Source of the DNA: Lama glama
Lineage: Eukaryota
Direction of reading: 5' to 3'
Length of the DNA: 64,000 nucleotides
Assembly (NCBI GenBank): GCA_028534125.1
Contig: CM052816.1
Span: 95,792,001 to 95,856,000 of the forward strand
The position numbers and the translations under genes are program-made. Below, piece by piece: positions 12,431 to 25,990 of the stretch; positions within the stretch are counted from its first letter, which is position 1, and every line of letters begins with the position of its first letter. Below the pieces are notes generated by a model, which made no database searches, had not been told where the DNA came from, and worked only from the letters and a program-made list of their open reading frames with translations.

Positions 12431-13089
12431 AAGGTGTTTAAGGGAGTTTTTAATATATCATAAGTAATTCCTTACAGTGATTGGAAAAAGTATGAGAACA
12501 TATGAATAAATAAAGCTTAGTAATTTAGGACCTATTGTTGTAAAACCAAGTTGACAAATATTTAAATGTTATACTCGCATTTTAAACATTATAATATAAA
12601 CATAAAACACGAAACATCCAGTGTTAAACACTGATTTTTCATGCCTGACTTGGATTTAGATTGAGTATTTTATATTTTATTAAAAAGAACTTTCAAAATT
12701 TTGTCAGTGTTTATGATATGTGTTATTATACCTCATCAAAAGCTTCATAAAACCTAAAAGACTAGTATTAAAAGTCGTTATTTTTCTTCTTGAATAATCT
12801 AAAACGTGCCAGTTTGGATTAGCCTTCAGATTTTTAAGGGCTTGAAAGATGTACAGAGCACCCAAGAACACGTCTTAACACATCTAGGGTAAGTTTGTTT
12901 ACAGTTATGACAGAAATACTTTGGACGTGCAGATACTGAGAGAATTACCCTAACCAAGCATGAAAGGCATTTCAGGCCAAGTTATTTATCAGTAAACATA
13001 ACATATCAGAAAATTATTGATCGTTCAAGCATCCCGGGTGAGCACAGTGCAGGGGCCTGTTGACCTTTCACTGAGAACATTGCCATCGA

Positions 13090-13225
13090 CCTTGGAGCTG
13101 GAAAGGCATTTGGAGCACATCCATCCTCACTCTTCATTTTATGGATGAGATACTGGACCTCTAGAGCGGGCAGCGCAGCTGGTCAGTGACCGTGCTGGAA
13201 ACAGCCCACAGTTTCAGCCTCCTTG
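13090..13225 (-). mobile_element. MIR SINE fragment
   Basis: gagctggaaaggcatttggag...ctcttcattttatggatgagatactgga. Confidence 0.6.
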
Positions 13226-13559
13226 TACGACGATGTGCTGCCCAGAGCACTGAAGATGACTGCTCAGCTTGGCCATCCAACTTATCTAGCCAACTAAACT
13301 TCGACTGCATTTTAACAGTTACACAAACCAAATTTTAAATAATGAATGTCTATAATGACTATAGAGTTACAGAGAGCCTGTGACAGATAAGATGGTTCAC
13401 CAGTAGGATTAGAGAATGGTGTCACTGCTGTCCGCCTCCACGTCTTCGACCCAGGGGAGCTGTGTGAAATGATGTGGTCCGCCAGCTCCAGCCAAACATC
13501 CCAGGCGCACATGCTTAAATATCAGAGTTCCCTCATTAATTGATGAGGAAATTAAAATC

Positions 13560-16500
13560 CTTCACACTTGTTTACTTTATGTTCATGGGAGAGCCATGGT
13601 TTTTACTATTTGAAAAGGATTCTTTGCTAGTTTGGAGGTCCCATCGAGATGTCAGGATTTACCCGACAATTGTCTTGCTGGAGAAGCACACATCTGGGGC
13701 GGCTTAAGCCTCAGTGTTTTTGTGGGTTTTTTTCTTGGCTTCCAGTCTGAGTTCCAAGTGACTATTGAATTTTAATATCGTTGGTGCTCTGTTTCATTAT
13801 CTTCTTTTTCCCTGATTTTGTGTTTTGTCTTTGGTTCACACAGGTACTTCACATAGAAGCTAATTTATTGGAGTCAGCAGTGATTGAAAATTTAGTTCTA
13901 TCCTCTGTGGTTTATTAATTTCTACAGACAGAGAATAGTGATCCCTTCTCTTTTGGATGACAGACAACAGGGAATTCATATTTTTAGTCCTTTTTGTTTG
14001 TTTGTCTATTTTGAACTCTAATCAATTAAGAATTTCTGAGAGGGACAAGCTTTAAGATGCGGGCCATGGAGTTTTTGTGCATCTGTGTTTACCTTTGGGG
14101 CTGCTGTTGTAGATCTGAAGCTGTAAGTTCTCCACATGCCTTGGTTTCTGCATGACTGTGTCTGTAATTAAGAAAGGCATTTTTCTCTCCTTGTGTTAAT
14201 AAGACTTTTTCCCCTGTCTCTAGAGGGTGCTAATGAATCAGAAGCACAAAAGAAGTGCTCTTCTGATCGTTTATAGAGATAAACATATATATAAATAAAC
14301 TTTCATAAAATTCCCCAAAGCAATAAAATTGAATTTCTAGTAATTTGAGTTATCTTAAAAATTACTCCACTAGATCAGAAACATTTTAAGAACCCAAGTG
14401 TACATAATTAAGATATAGATTTGGCAAATTGGACTGGTTTAATAATTACAGTTTTCAAAATGGACCTGTTTTTTGTCTGACTTGCCGGTATTAACTCTAT
14501 GTAAGTATATACGTTATCTTACTTGGTTGATTTACTCATTCATGAGGAGAACAGTCAGTCTGAATTTCCTAAAATTATGCAGGTTTCATGATCAAATAAG
14601 CTAATAATAATACCACACAATGATAAGATTATGGAAAGTAATTTGTGCTCAACTAAATTGAATCATTATTGCAACAAAGTTTTTGTATCAATAGTAACTA
14701 TGTTTTGTAATATGTCAGCTTAAACATAATTTCCAAGCTCTTTAGGTAATTTAAAGCTTTAAATAGATATTAAATGGAGCAAATTAATCGATAATTCTTG
14801 GATAGCTATTTTCTAAGTGATATGGAATACTGAAATATTAATGTCTAAGCATAACTTTAAGCATCATATGTCTATATGCTCTAAGAGTCTGTATCTTTGG
14901 ATCATGTTAATGAATGTGTTCATTTTTGCCACCTTAAGAAGGTCTAAAAGGGATGCATGCACCTGTAGAAAGCTGTGTTGAATATATTCACAAGCTGTAT
15001 TATTCTGCTAAAAAACTGCAGGATGACAGACTGTTCTCAGTCACATATTCTCTAGTCTTCTCTATGAAATGGAAAATTTTCACCTTGGTCGGGAGTTCTA
15101 ATTGACATACAAGTTGAGGCAATACTACAATGATGATGAGAGAGCAATGCAAGTGCGTGTGTTCCTTTATTTCTAAGGAAAAAGAGTAGTTTTGTTCTAA
15201 TGTAAGAGTCAGTTCCTTCCAGAATAGGAAAAAGCTTGAAAAAACAAGACCTGAAAAATAAATTTTGTTTGATTTGGTTTATAATAACTAACTCTGAAAA
15301 GAAGGCATAAAATAAGCTAAAATTTTAGCCAAGTTTGCTCATTTTTGATGGATTGGTTTCATTGGTTTACCGAATAATGCTTTTGTTTACAAGATGAAAC
15401 AATATTCTTTTACCTTTTGCAAAATCTGTCTGCATAGGAGAGAACCTATGTCTACCAGAATAATTTTTTTTGCTTTATGTTGACTTTATTATGTCCTTGA
15501 TTGTTTAAAAAAAAACCCTAAAGAACAAAGTTTTCTCATTTGTGAAAGAGCTGTGGTTCTTTACCAATTTGTTGTCTTTTATGTGTATTTCAAAACATTT
15601 TATTGTTACTTTGATTAAACAGGTCACCATGCAGTTGGTTCTCAGGAACCTATGATCTAATCCAAATCAAGCGCCTAAAATCTCCTCTGACAGCTGTTTT
15701 AATTTTGCCTTACAAAGATTGGCTCCTATATTTTGAAAAAATTAAATAAAAACTTCAGGATATCTTTTACACCTTAAACTGTATTTGAGATTTCACAAAG
15801 GCCCCAGGGCAATCTCCAAGATTTATTTATTTTTTACCTTGTAAAAAGAGAAACACTAGAAATAATTAAATTTGTCTAACGTGCTATGTATCTCGTAAAT
15901 TAGGTCGGCGCTCTCACAAGGGCTACATGGGAAAAGACATCAAATCAGAAGAGACGTTTAGCCTTCTCTTGAGTTTGTTGAGATACAATGTTATTAAGAT
16001 AAGTATTCCAGACAGTGTGTGACTTATGAGAAGACACTGAAGGTTTATCTTGCTCTCAGGGGATGCACTGATCCAACCCTTACAAGATAATTAGGTACTG
16101 CTCTCCAAAAGGGAGTGACCTTCCTGCATTCTGATATTGTAGATGGTAATCACTAAGTCTTTGTCATCTACAGATAATTTTGGTTTTACTCTGAGGCTGT
16201 ACTATAAGGTACAAGTGGGAAGGTTTGCCTTTAGTCTTCGATCCTCATGGAAAGGGCTATAGCAGCAAATACTTTGATCTGTTGATTCTTCAAAGTAGAG
16301 ATGCTTGGGTACAGGTTTCTGAACTGACATCATTTAAAGGCTGTCAAATTTGACCACTGGATAAGGCAGGATCTCCAAGACTGTTCTTAGTCTGGACCCA
16401 GATGGCTTCAGGAAACAGGCTGCTGACACACGACCCAGCCGAAGAAGAGGCTGAATGAACCGATGACAGAAATTTTGTTGTGATTGGTTGCGTGGAATTC

Positions 16501-19050
16501 TATGTTTATATTAAGAGCCCTTTCTTTCTTTCTGAGTCATCATGAACGATTAAGTTGACTCTGCTTCTGTAAAGTGAAATAAGACATTTAGAAATCATAT
16601 CCCTCTCAGTCAACCCTCAGGACTCACCAGTTCTTATGGATTCTTTTCATGCCAATATCATTATTTATAGAGGTTTACTGCAAATCTGTCCCCCTTTTTT
16701 ACCAGAGTATAATTAGATTGTGCAACCAAGGCCATTCAAGGGGTATCATATTTGAAAAGAACTGTTATTTAATCAGGAGTCACAAGTCACAAGGTATTTT
16801 AAAGAAAAAAGGTTATCCCTTAGGGTTAACCTGACTTACGGTCCTGGCCTTACAGATGGCTGAGGAAGGTCACTTCCTGACAGACGAAGAAACTTAGCAA
16901 GTTTGGGGGACATTGAAGTTCACCCCAATTTGCAGATACAGCAAATGAAATCTGGTGGAGAGAGTTCTTTGAGGTGGTTTCCTAGCTTCTGGACAGCAAT
17001 TGATAGAGGCTTTGAAAAATAAAATTCAATCTGCTTGTGAAAATATGGAAATCTCCTTATGAAAACTTCCAGATAGAAGTTAATTCTATGGCCTTAGTGG
17101 TAGCTCCGAACTCATGATTTTCAATTTACAAAGCAAATACATGGTTCATTAGCACTCTTGCAGCACCTAAAGAAAAAAGGCCAAACCTAACGAGACCAGC
17201 ATTTTCACCATCAAGCATAATATTAGGAGATAGTGTTTCTGAGTCTCAGGACGGATCTGTTGGGAAAGTTTTTGAAAGACTGTTAAGGTTGTCCTTTTAA
17301 ACAGAGTGCTGGAAACTGTCTAGCAGGTCGTCCGGGGCTCTCTAACTCTGCAGAGGAATGCACCTTTGATTGCCTTTGCCTAGGCAGTATCGCAGCTCTG
17401 TAAGTAGTAGAAGCCTGGTCGAAATGCGAGCAACTCTTGTCTGCAGAAATGCAGATGAATTTTGTCAGCAGCAATACAATTGATTTCTACCCTGTAGAGA
17501 AGATGATCCAAACATCATTACAAAGATTACATTTTGTGCCTAGTTTTGCATATATCGGCACATTCAGCACTTTAGATGTTCTAGAGATAATTTGGTCTTA
17601 AGATTCTTCTTCGAATCAGTTGCATATGTTCATTTTATATTGTACAACAGTTGTGATTTTGTGAATTTGAAAATGATCCTTTCAAAAAACCATTTTTTAA
17701 CAGTCTGTCTGGTTCATGTCGTTCATCGAACACCAAGCAGCTCATTGGATTTGTCTGTTTCTGAGTCCATGTTTGGAGCACGCTTGAGAGTTCTGCTTTT
17801 CAGATATGCAGAATTAGGCTAACGAACCATCATCTTTGGAGTTAACCCACCTGACCAATCCCATGTCTCATCCAAGAAAATTTTAAAACCTAAAGTGGAA
17901 GTTATAGGAAGACAACACTGGACAAGAATTTGATGCTGATATCTTAGCTATAAATCCCTAAATGGGAGTTGTGTGTTCAAGCACATAACGGTGTGTGTGC
18001 CTGTGAGGGTCCTGAGACTATAACAATGAGTGCGGGAGTCCCTCATCCTTATTTCTGGCCATTTTGCCAAAAGCTAACCTTGGCTGATGGGACACTGGCT
18101 GACAGGACACACACTCAGCTGTCTTTGTGAGAATCTGCACATTCAAATCCCTCTCTCAAGACTGAAGATGTAGTCAGCCTCACCCCAAACACACTCTACA
18201 TTTGCTAAGATGGAAAATGTTCTTAACTGAGCACAAAGCACTGTTTAAAAAAAAAAGAAAGATGTTCAATCTCTGATGCATGCCTGTGGGTATTAATCAT
18301 GCTTTTGAGTCATATTAAATCTTTTCCTCTTTCCCTTGTTTCCTTGGGAAGCTACCAACCATAATACTCTGACATCCCAGACCTTCTAAGATTGGTTCCT
18401 ATGGGCAAATTGAAGTTGGCAGAAAGGAAGACTTTGTAAGATTATCTGTAAATGTACCACCAAGTAGTCAGTGCACGATTCGTCAAGGAGCCAATTAAAA
18501 CGCAAGTAGACCCGAACCTATGGCTGATTAAACCAACTGGACAGTGAAGCCGAGAGCCGACGCATCAGGGACCTTAGGACATGTAAGTCAGAAAATTTGG
18601 CCCAGTAAGAGTTGCTCATAACCATTTTAAAGTTTATTCTTTGGGCAAGCGTTTGTGCAGAATCGTTACTAGTTATTTAAATAGGTGTTTTAGGATCTTG
18701 GCTCAAAGTTGAGTAGTTTAACTGAAGTGTGTCCTCTAACTTCACTTGGAGGAAATTATTGTCAACCTCTTGTTCTATATAGAGTCACTAAGAGTATAGT
18801 CAAAATATGAAACTAAAACAAGTGAAGGACTCATCACTGAGTAAGCAATGGAAAAAGAAACAGAAAATATCATTACAGATGTTTCCATGACCTTCTGAAA
18901 ATGGCATGTTCAAAAACTAAAAAAAAATTAGATTCAGATTCACAGTTACATACCTAGAGGGTCAACTATGTGCTATCTCCAGACAAAGACAATTTCATTG
19001 TTTTATGAGAACATGTTATATGTTTTGTCATCTGATCAATATATTGACCA
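13560..19050 (+). mobile_element. Decayed non-autonomous ERV1-class internal region (MER4-group-like)
   Basis: Long AT-rich stretch with motifs recalled from MER4-group internal sequences (ttgagatttcacaaagggcccc...accttgtaaaaagaga; ggaaggtcacttcctgacag...ttcaccccaattt...gaaatctggtgg); possible env remnants at 17.6-18.9 kb; no intact ORF and no clear LTR pair. Confidence 0.6.
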
Positions 19051-19059
19051 GAAGTGGTA

Positions 19060-19400
19060 ATAGGATCATCAAATATTAGATCTGGAAGAATCATTGGAGG
19101 TCATGCACCCCATTGGTTTTAACCTTTTCCTGAGAGGAGAGGTAAAGGATATTTTGGTGTCTTTTGGAACCTGTGAATCCTTTCTGTAAAAAAGAAAAAA
19201 AAATCACACCTATGAATATATTCCAAAATTTGCACAGTTTTAGCAGCTCTCATGATATTTCCATGTATCACAGGTTAAAAAGCTCTTGATCCAGTTGCCT
19301 CAATTTGCACATAAGAAACCAGACTAAGAAGATGTGGACAAGGGCATCCAGCCAGTTCCTAGGAGAGCATGGTCTGGGGTCTCCTGACTCTAATACTTTA
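19060..19400 (-). mobile_element. MIR SINE interrupted by a hAT-Charlie MITE (~19110-19288)
   Basis: MIR halves atattagatctggaagaatcattggaggtcat and cctcaatttgcacataagaaacc...gtctcctgactc flank a segment ending ggttttaacc...ggttaaaagc (imperfect terminal inverted repeats). Confidence 0.55.
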
Positions 19401-19934
19401 GTCATCCTCATGCCCTCGGCACATCTGTTCAAGATTGCGTATCATGTCCACCTCTGTCTGGTGGTTTTAATCAATCAGCAGACAAAGTACTTCAAAGATA
19501 GCATTGTATTTCTGCCCTTTCTGTGGCAGTTGTGTATGAGCTCTTTGAAAGTCACTCTGCAACGTTTTGTATGTGAGGGCACACCTGATCAATACTGCAG
19601 AAGGTCTGCGACTTGCCTTGCTTATTTATCTAAAGAGCTCATGGTCAATCTCCTCTAACCTGAGAGGAAACAGCTATCTCAATCTGATTGCCAACTGGAG
19701 GTTAATTTGGCAATTTTGTATCTGATCACTGCTTTTGGAGCTGCTCCAGCTGTCTGCAATCACACCAGAAAGGAATTGTGATGAGTTATGTGCTGTTTCT
19801 AATGATAAAAGTGGCAAAGTGACCATTTTCTCTCTAATTATCACGTAAATCACGTTACGTCGATTGCTGGGCCTCTGTGATAAAGACTTCTGGTCTTCAC
19901 CAATATTGAGTTCTACTTTCTTCTGGGTAATTGA

Positions 19935-20665
19935 GGGGATTAAACTTCCCAGGCCTATTGTAGTGAAGCAGGTCATGTGACTAATTCTGTCAATGATTTC
20001 AAGTGGATGGGACGTGGGCCATTTTCAGACCAAATTACTTAAAATTTGGGTAATTGAAGAGAGTTTACTAAAGGAGTGAGTTGGATTTTAAGTTTGTAAA
20101 AGTGTTGGCAGAGGTATGGGCTAGGTTTTAAGAAAGCAGCAAGGGATGGTGCGCACTCTGGGGGCAGTAACAGGAGGGAGGCATTATAGCACTTGGGCTT
20201 GAAAGACAAGAGAAGGGGACAGTTATCCGAACGGAGAGAGAAAGAGAGAGTTCTGGTCATCAGTAGAGGGATACAGCGAGGCCACCATGACCCACAGACA
20301 GTGAGTGCAGGAGTAGCACTGAACTCACTCAGCTTCTGCAACCCAGTGGTCCAATGCAATGAGAACCAGAGGACAAGATCACACAGATCAGACTATTGCA
20401 ACTCTGAACAGGTTTCAAAATGCTGGCCAGGGGCTCTGGAAGGACAGAGGGAGCTGTCCAGCACAGAACCCCTCAGCACTTTCTTCCTGCTGTGGGCACG
20501 AGGGAGGAGACACGGGTTCAGAGCAGCCTAGGAGGCTGAGCCCCATACTTGGAGGACAGCTGCCCTGAAGGGTTGTTGGATCCACCGGTAACTTTGCATG
20601 AGCAAGTTGTTCATTAAGCCAGTGAGTTTTTTTGTTTTGTACATGACTAAGATGACCACTCTGAG
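19935..20665. mobile_element. MLT1-type MaLR LTR pieces (+) interrupted by an ERVL-class LTR (LTR41/LTR33-like, ~20040-20520)
   Basis: ggtcatgtgactaattctgtcaatga and attaagccagtgagttttt (MLT1); gagagtttactaaaggag...gcaagggatggtgcgcactctgggggcagtaacagg (ERVL LTR). Confidence 0.55.
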
Positions 20666-21709
20666 TAGGCACTTAGGCACTTTGCAGGGGAGGTGCTTTG
20701 ATGTTCCTCTTGTTTGTGAACAATGACGATCCTTCAATGGCTGGGTGGAGGAATGAAATGCATCCCCTTATTTCCCTGTGGATTTGCCAAGCTTCATTAT
20801 TCCATTCAAAATCCTGAAAGGGGATTTTGTTACTGGCTCAACATAACCTCAAGTCTCAAGTGGGTTATGTGGTCAGCAATCCTACTCATTCCTTTTGGTT
20901 CTTTCAGTATCTGGAGTATTATGCCTAAAATATGTATATGACATACATGATCAATAATTCAAATTGTGTCCAGTGTCAGCCACAGAACTGTGCCATGGTC
21001 AGTTTTTCTGAGTTATTGATCACCCTTTTATCTACTTAACTCTTGCCCTTTTTTGGAGGCAGTCTTCAGTATTTGGGTCTACACTCCAATGGTGACCGCC
21101 ATGCTGGATCATTCTCCAATGATGACATCACATTCTACAAAAGCCATTCTTTTACTGGGCTGGCTGTCTCACAACTTAATCATGTGTGAGTTCTTTCTAC
21201 CTGTACCTTTTAAAAATCCAATTCCAGGGATCCAAGAAAAATTCTATATTTTCCAGAACTGTTCCTGGGTGTTTTGTGATGCAAACCTTTGAATCTGGAG
21301 AATGGATAGAGAGAGAGAAAGCCTGGGAAGCAGAGGGAAGAGAAACAGAGCTTTCATTTACCTTCATCACAGAGTGTCAGAGAGCAGAAAGGGAAGAGGC
21401 TAAGAAGGTGGTCACAGGCTGTGTTGAAGAAGCATTTTTGGTGTTTGATGTTTGAGAAGCTCTGGAGAAGCTATAGGAGTGAGAGATTTTTGGAGGAGTA
21501 GAAAAAGTTTGAGAACTTTTTTGTTTTATGAACGAGCTTTTCCTTAATGTTGAACAGCAAACAAGCCTACAGTCCCTTTTTAAATTACTTCTAACCACTG
21601 GTTTTGAAAATTCAAACCTATGCTAAGATGGTACCACTTGAGAATCTTAGATTTTGTTTGCAGTAAAAAATTTAGTTTAAATTCTAGAACATCTCTCTTT
21701 CAAAATCAA

Positions 21710-23060
21710 GCATTTAGATAACTTCATCTCTTACTTAACGAAAGAATAAAAAGCCGACATGTGGCATCTTTATCAGATTTCCTCCATCAGACCTGAAAGC
21801 TCACCTGTAACCTTCTACATCCGTCCTTTCCTCATTTCCTCTCACTGGAGTAGAAGACATGTCTTGGACCACCGTCCATAGCACATCCTTTCCCCTCTGT
21901 TCTGGATCCATCCCAGCTCCTTAAGAACCTCATGATAATAATTACCTTCTTGTCAATCTAAATTATTAACTTTCCATCTTCTCTACTGCCCTCTTTAGAT
22001 CAGCATTTCTCTCTTAAAAATTTTTTTTTCTTACAATTCCCTATCATTTGATTTCCTCCTTCTCTTTTTTTAAGTCAAGCTTCTTGACTTTTTTCCTTCT
22101 TCCTCAACTTTCACTCACCCCCTCTTAACACCTTTCAGGCTGATCTCTGTCTCCACTTTTCCGCTAAAAATATTCTCATTCAGGTTCCAAATGGGTCCAT
22201 ATTGTAAAACCCCGTGCTCACTCCTCCATCTTGCTCCATCTCTCAGCAGTATATGGCACCTTGGATGACATCCACAATCTTGAAATCATCTGTTAACTCT
22301 CACAACACTGAATTCTCTGGGCTTTCTTTTTCTGTGGCTATGCACTTAGTCTCCTGTGTGCTTTCCTCTTTTATTCTGCCCCTTAAGCATAGGGTTCCCC
22401 AGAGCTTTCCCTTAAATTCTGATCTAACATTTATCTTGGGTGTTGCCATACCCGATGGCCTCCATCTGCATTCATGTATTGATGACTCTCAAATCTACAT
22501 TTCCAACAAAATCTCTCCCTTGAGCTGGAGACTGATATATCCAATTACTTATTATTATCTCTCAGTCACTGACTATCCTGTCCCCCATTACAAACACAAC
22601 ATGTCAAGATCAGGACTCATTATATTATACCTGAGTATAATATATCTCATACTCAACCATAGTATCTCATGCTCTGCACCCACTAAATGGTTATCATCCA
22701 TGTTGTTATCCAAACTCAGAACTTGAAATCCCCTCTGAATTCTTTCTCTCCCTCCTCCAGTCACCAACGTCTATCACTATTACCTCATAAACTTTCCCAG
22801 AGTTCATCCTTTTCCCTCCACTCCCACTGCAACGATCCAAGGCCAGGCCACTACATCTCTTGCTACAGTTAATGCAAGGCTTCCTATCTGGTCAGCCCAC
22901 AGACTTTTTCAACCAATTCTTTCTGTGTGCACTTTCTGTGTACTCCTGGAATGAGTTTCCACAAGTACAAATGTTATCATGTCAGTTGCTTGGTGGCACT
23001 TTAAACCTTAAAAAGTTCCTTGCAAGATGAAGTTTCAACCTTCTGCCACTCCAGTCTCAA
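21710..23060 (+). mobile_element. LINE-2 3' region
   Basis: Pyrimidine-rich L2 hallmarks: ttctggatccatcccagctcc, tctctcagcagtatatggcac, gatgactctcaaatctacatttcca, caaacacaacatgtc, cactcccactgcaacgatccaaggccaggccac. Confidence 0.85.
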
Positions 23061-24199
23061 ATCTCGAACAAAAATCTATATATTTTGAACTTTGAACAAG
23101 GGGATTTATCCTTTGTCTAGTGTAGTTGCAAAATTCAAAGGTTTCCTGAAACTTGCACCATTACATTGTGCAAATATTCAAAAGGCATAATAACTGAGTC
23201 AAAGTGGAGAATTTAAACATGATAAACACTTCCTGAACTTTGAGATTGGGAGTAAAAATTGTGCTTAGTGTTTTGTGTTTTGCCTAGTGTATAACCCGAC
23301 ACAGTCACAGTTTCCAAGGATTACGCTGTGGACATCTTTGGGGGCCAGTCTTCTGCCCACCAGAGCTACGTACAACCAGACAAAGCTTCCTTTCCTCACG
23401 GAGATGATAGTCCTGTGATATCATGTGAGACTCTGTGGCTCCTTAATACACACTCAAGCTTGCAATAAACAACCTTGACCTGAAGGGTATTTCCCAACCC
23501 CCTTTAGCAACTTCATATGCTGCTTTTTTTGTGTATGAATGGTTTTGGTTCCCAGGGTTGTGATCTCACCCTGCTGAGAAGAGTATTCAGACTTCCCCTA
23601 CTCTTTCGCCCTTCCTATCTCATTTTCTATAGAAACTAAAGAGCATGCCATTTAATTCAGTAATTTCTGTTATATTTTTAGGATGTGCCTATGACCAGTG
23701 AGCCCAGTGTTGGACACTGAGAAGGAGAGAGTTGGCAGAAGAATGGAAATTTCAAAGGTGTAATTAACGCAAACAGAAAGAGTTGGGTTGTCATCACCTA
23801 CAGAATCTAAGAAATGTCAAAGGATGTGCTTTCAAGGATCTAGACTTGCTAAGTAAGGTAGGGAGAAAGAGTATGGCTTGAGCTGATGTGGGGCAGAGCG
23901 GAAAGGAAGAAGAGCACCCGTGGCGGAGGAACCACAGGCAGTTTAGGTGCAGAGTGGTCAGTGGTCTGGGTAACATTTTTGCAAAAGTATTCAAACATGA
24001 ATGATCCAGAAGAGTAGGTGGTACCAAACTAGATACATTTGGCCTAAACTCAGTCATTTAAAATTTTTTTTTGGAAATTATATTCCATTTAGGAAAATAT
24101 AAAAATGATACTACATGTCCTAAATATAAAAATGTGCTAGCAAATTTATATATTTTAAAATCAGTTCCAAACAGAACATTTTCCCCTCTCCTTCTCCTC

Positions 24200-25750
24200 G
24201 TCACTTGCCTTCAGTAATACCGCCCCAGAAACATGTTTCTGCAGTTCTATCATGAGAGGGCTGACTTAGTCTGGGTGAGAGATCTTAAGATCCTCTTGAA
24301 ACAAGTGCCATGTACAATTTGTAACACTGCTTAGGTTCCATAAAATATTCATATTTATGCAATTTTGTGTTGTGCAATTCACACTCATATTTCCATGACT
24401 TACTGGTAATGACACTAATTATGCAGTTGGCAGAGAGAGAGTGAAGTGACAGTTATGACGATTATGTCAACAGTGGGGTGTTTGGTTGTAAACTGTTTCC
24501 ATCAAGAACTCCTCCAAGTTAATTTATTTTTTTCCGTATTACCAGCAGAAAAGAATAGCACGGCTCAGCTGAGACTGTGAAACTTAGAAATCTCTCGACT
24601 TCATTAGCATCCAGAGGGGAGTCCTGGGAGAGAGATGAGAAAAAGGGAGTTGCTTCTGGCGCTAATTAACAGTAAAGATAAACAACGTAGTTGGTGAAGT
24701 TAATCTGGAAATTTTTGCGAGTACAGTTTCTTTTGTGAGTTGTCTGGTTGGAGAAAATGGAAAAGAAATAAGCCACAGGCATTTTTCTGCATCACTTACT
24801 GCTTTTCACGTGTCAGCAAATTCGAGTTTTCCCTTCTGATTGGTTCCCGACAGGATCTTGTTTATGCTAATCATGGCACCCAGTCACGCCTCGCAGTTGA
24901 GTTTACCACCCTCCTCTCTGACTCTGTCACCAACTTCCCCTTTTCAGGTCTAATCTAGACATGCATCTTTCTTTTAACTATGGGGTTTTCTCCTCCCCTA
25001 CCATTTAGGGCTTCAGGCAGGTAAAGATTTTCAGCCTCTCCTATGAATGACACTGAATTAGATTCAGGCAAGCCTCACCAAACTGATGGTGCTTCCCATT
25101 ATAAATCTTCTTGCCACGTGAGGTTATTAATGTGGTACAAGGTGACAGCAGGAATTGGAGTTAAAATAAAGCCCGTCGATAGGAAAAAAAAAAGCGCCAA
25201 CCCAAGTATTTTCTTTTGTTAAGAAAATCAATACTAAATCTTGCATTGTTTTCCACAGACCTTAGCTGTGGAAGTGACGAAAACTAGGACGTTAGGGTCA
25301 AATTCAAAGATATTTTGACCATCTGAAATATTTGCCCCTGTGAGCGTGGGTTTTTCTCTATTTGCATGTAGAAAAAGTTACGTTAGAGGAACAGATTAAG
25401 TGTATAAATATTTGGAGGCGAGCGCAGTTGTTTTGCTAAGGAGCCACAGCGTGTGTTTTGCACGATGCTCCGGGAGTAGGTGTGCAGGGAGAAGTTTATT
25501 TCCATGGCACCTGGCACCTGGCTAACACGTTCAGGGGTGCAATTCTCAGCAGGTGAAGGAGGCAGGCACGTGCTCTCTTTCTTTGTCTCCTCGTTGGAGA
25601 TCACGTGTTAACAAAGCATTGGGAGATTAACAGGCAATCTTTTATTTGCAATCTTCTTTGTGCTGTTGTACGTTACATGACGCAGGCGAGAAAGCCTCAT
25701 TAACGGTGACATTTACACTGTAGAGCAAACCCCACTTAAAGGAAGAAAGG
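24200..25750. promoter_or_regulatory. Repeat-free block with clustered TF motifs, candidate conserved enhancer
   Basis: About 1.5 kb with no recognisable repeat; four CACGTG sites, TAATTA sites and TGACAG sites. Confidence 0.45.
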
Positions 25751-25834
25751 CATCTGAACAGAAGAGGGGCTCCTGGAGCCATAAGGTGCTTTCAAGTGTC
25801 AGTTGGCTCACTTCCCTCCTTCCTCTACTGTGTT

Positions 25835-25990
25835 CAGGTCAGGTGCTGGTCAGCCCATTTTCCAGATGTGGGACTGAGACCCCAACAGGTCCGGCATTCG
25901 CTGGGTATCTTAGAGCTGGCTAAGAACAGACGAGACCACACGTCTCCCGTCTGCCATAGATGCCAAACAATGCACAGTTGTTTTCTAACG
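25835..25990 (-). mobile_element. MIR SINE
   Basis: cagcccattttccagatgtgggactgagaccc. Confidence 0.6.

Noticed and set aside
13380..13560. Primer-binding site or 5' LTR for the ERV-like region
   Set aside because: The tgg-starting candidates do not extend into a convincing 18-nt tRNA complement, and I see no matching 3' LTR near 19 kb.
22214..22726. 170-aa ORF
   Set aside because: Lies within a decayed L2 element; a chance open frame.
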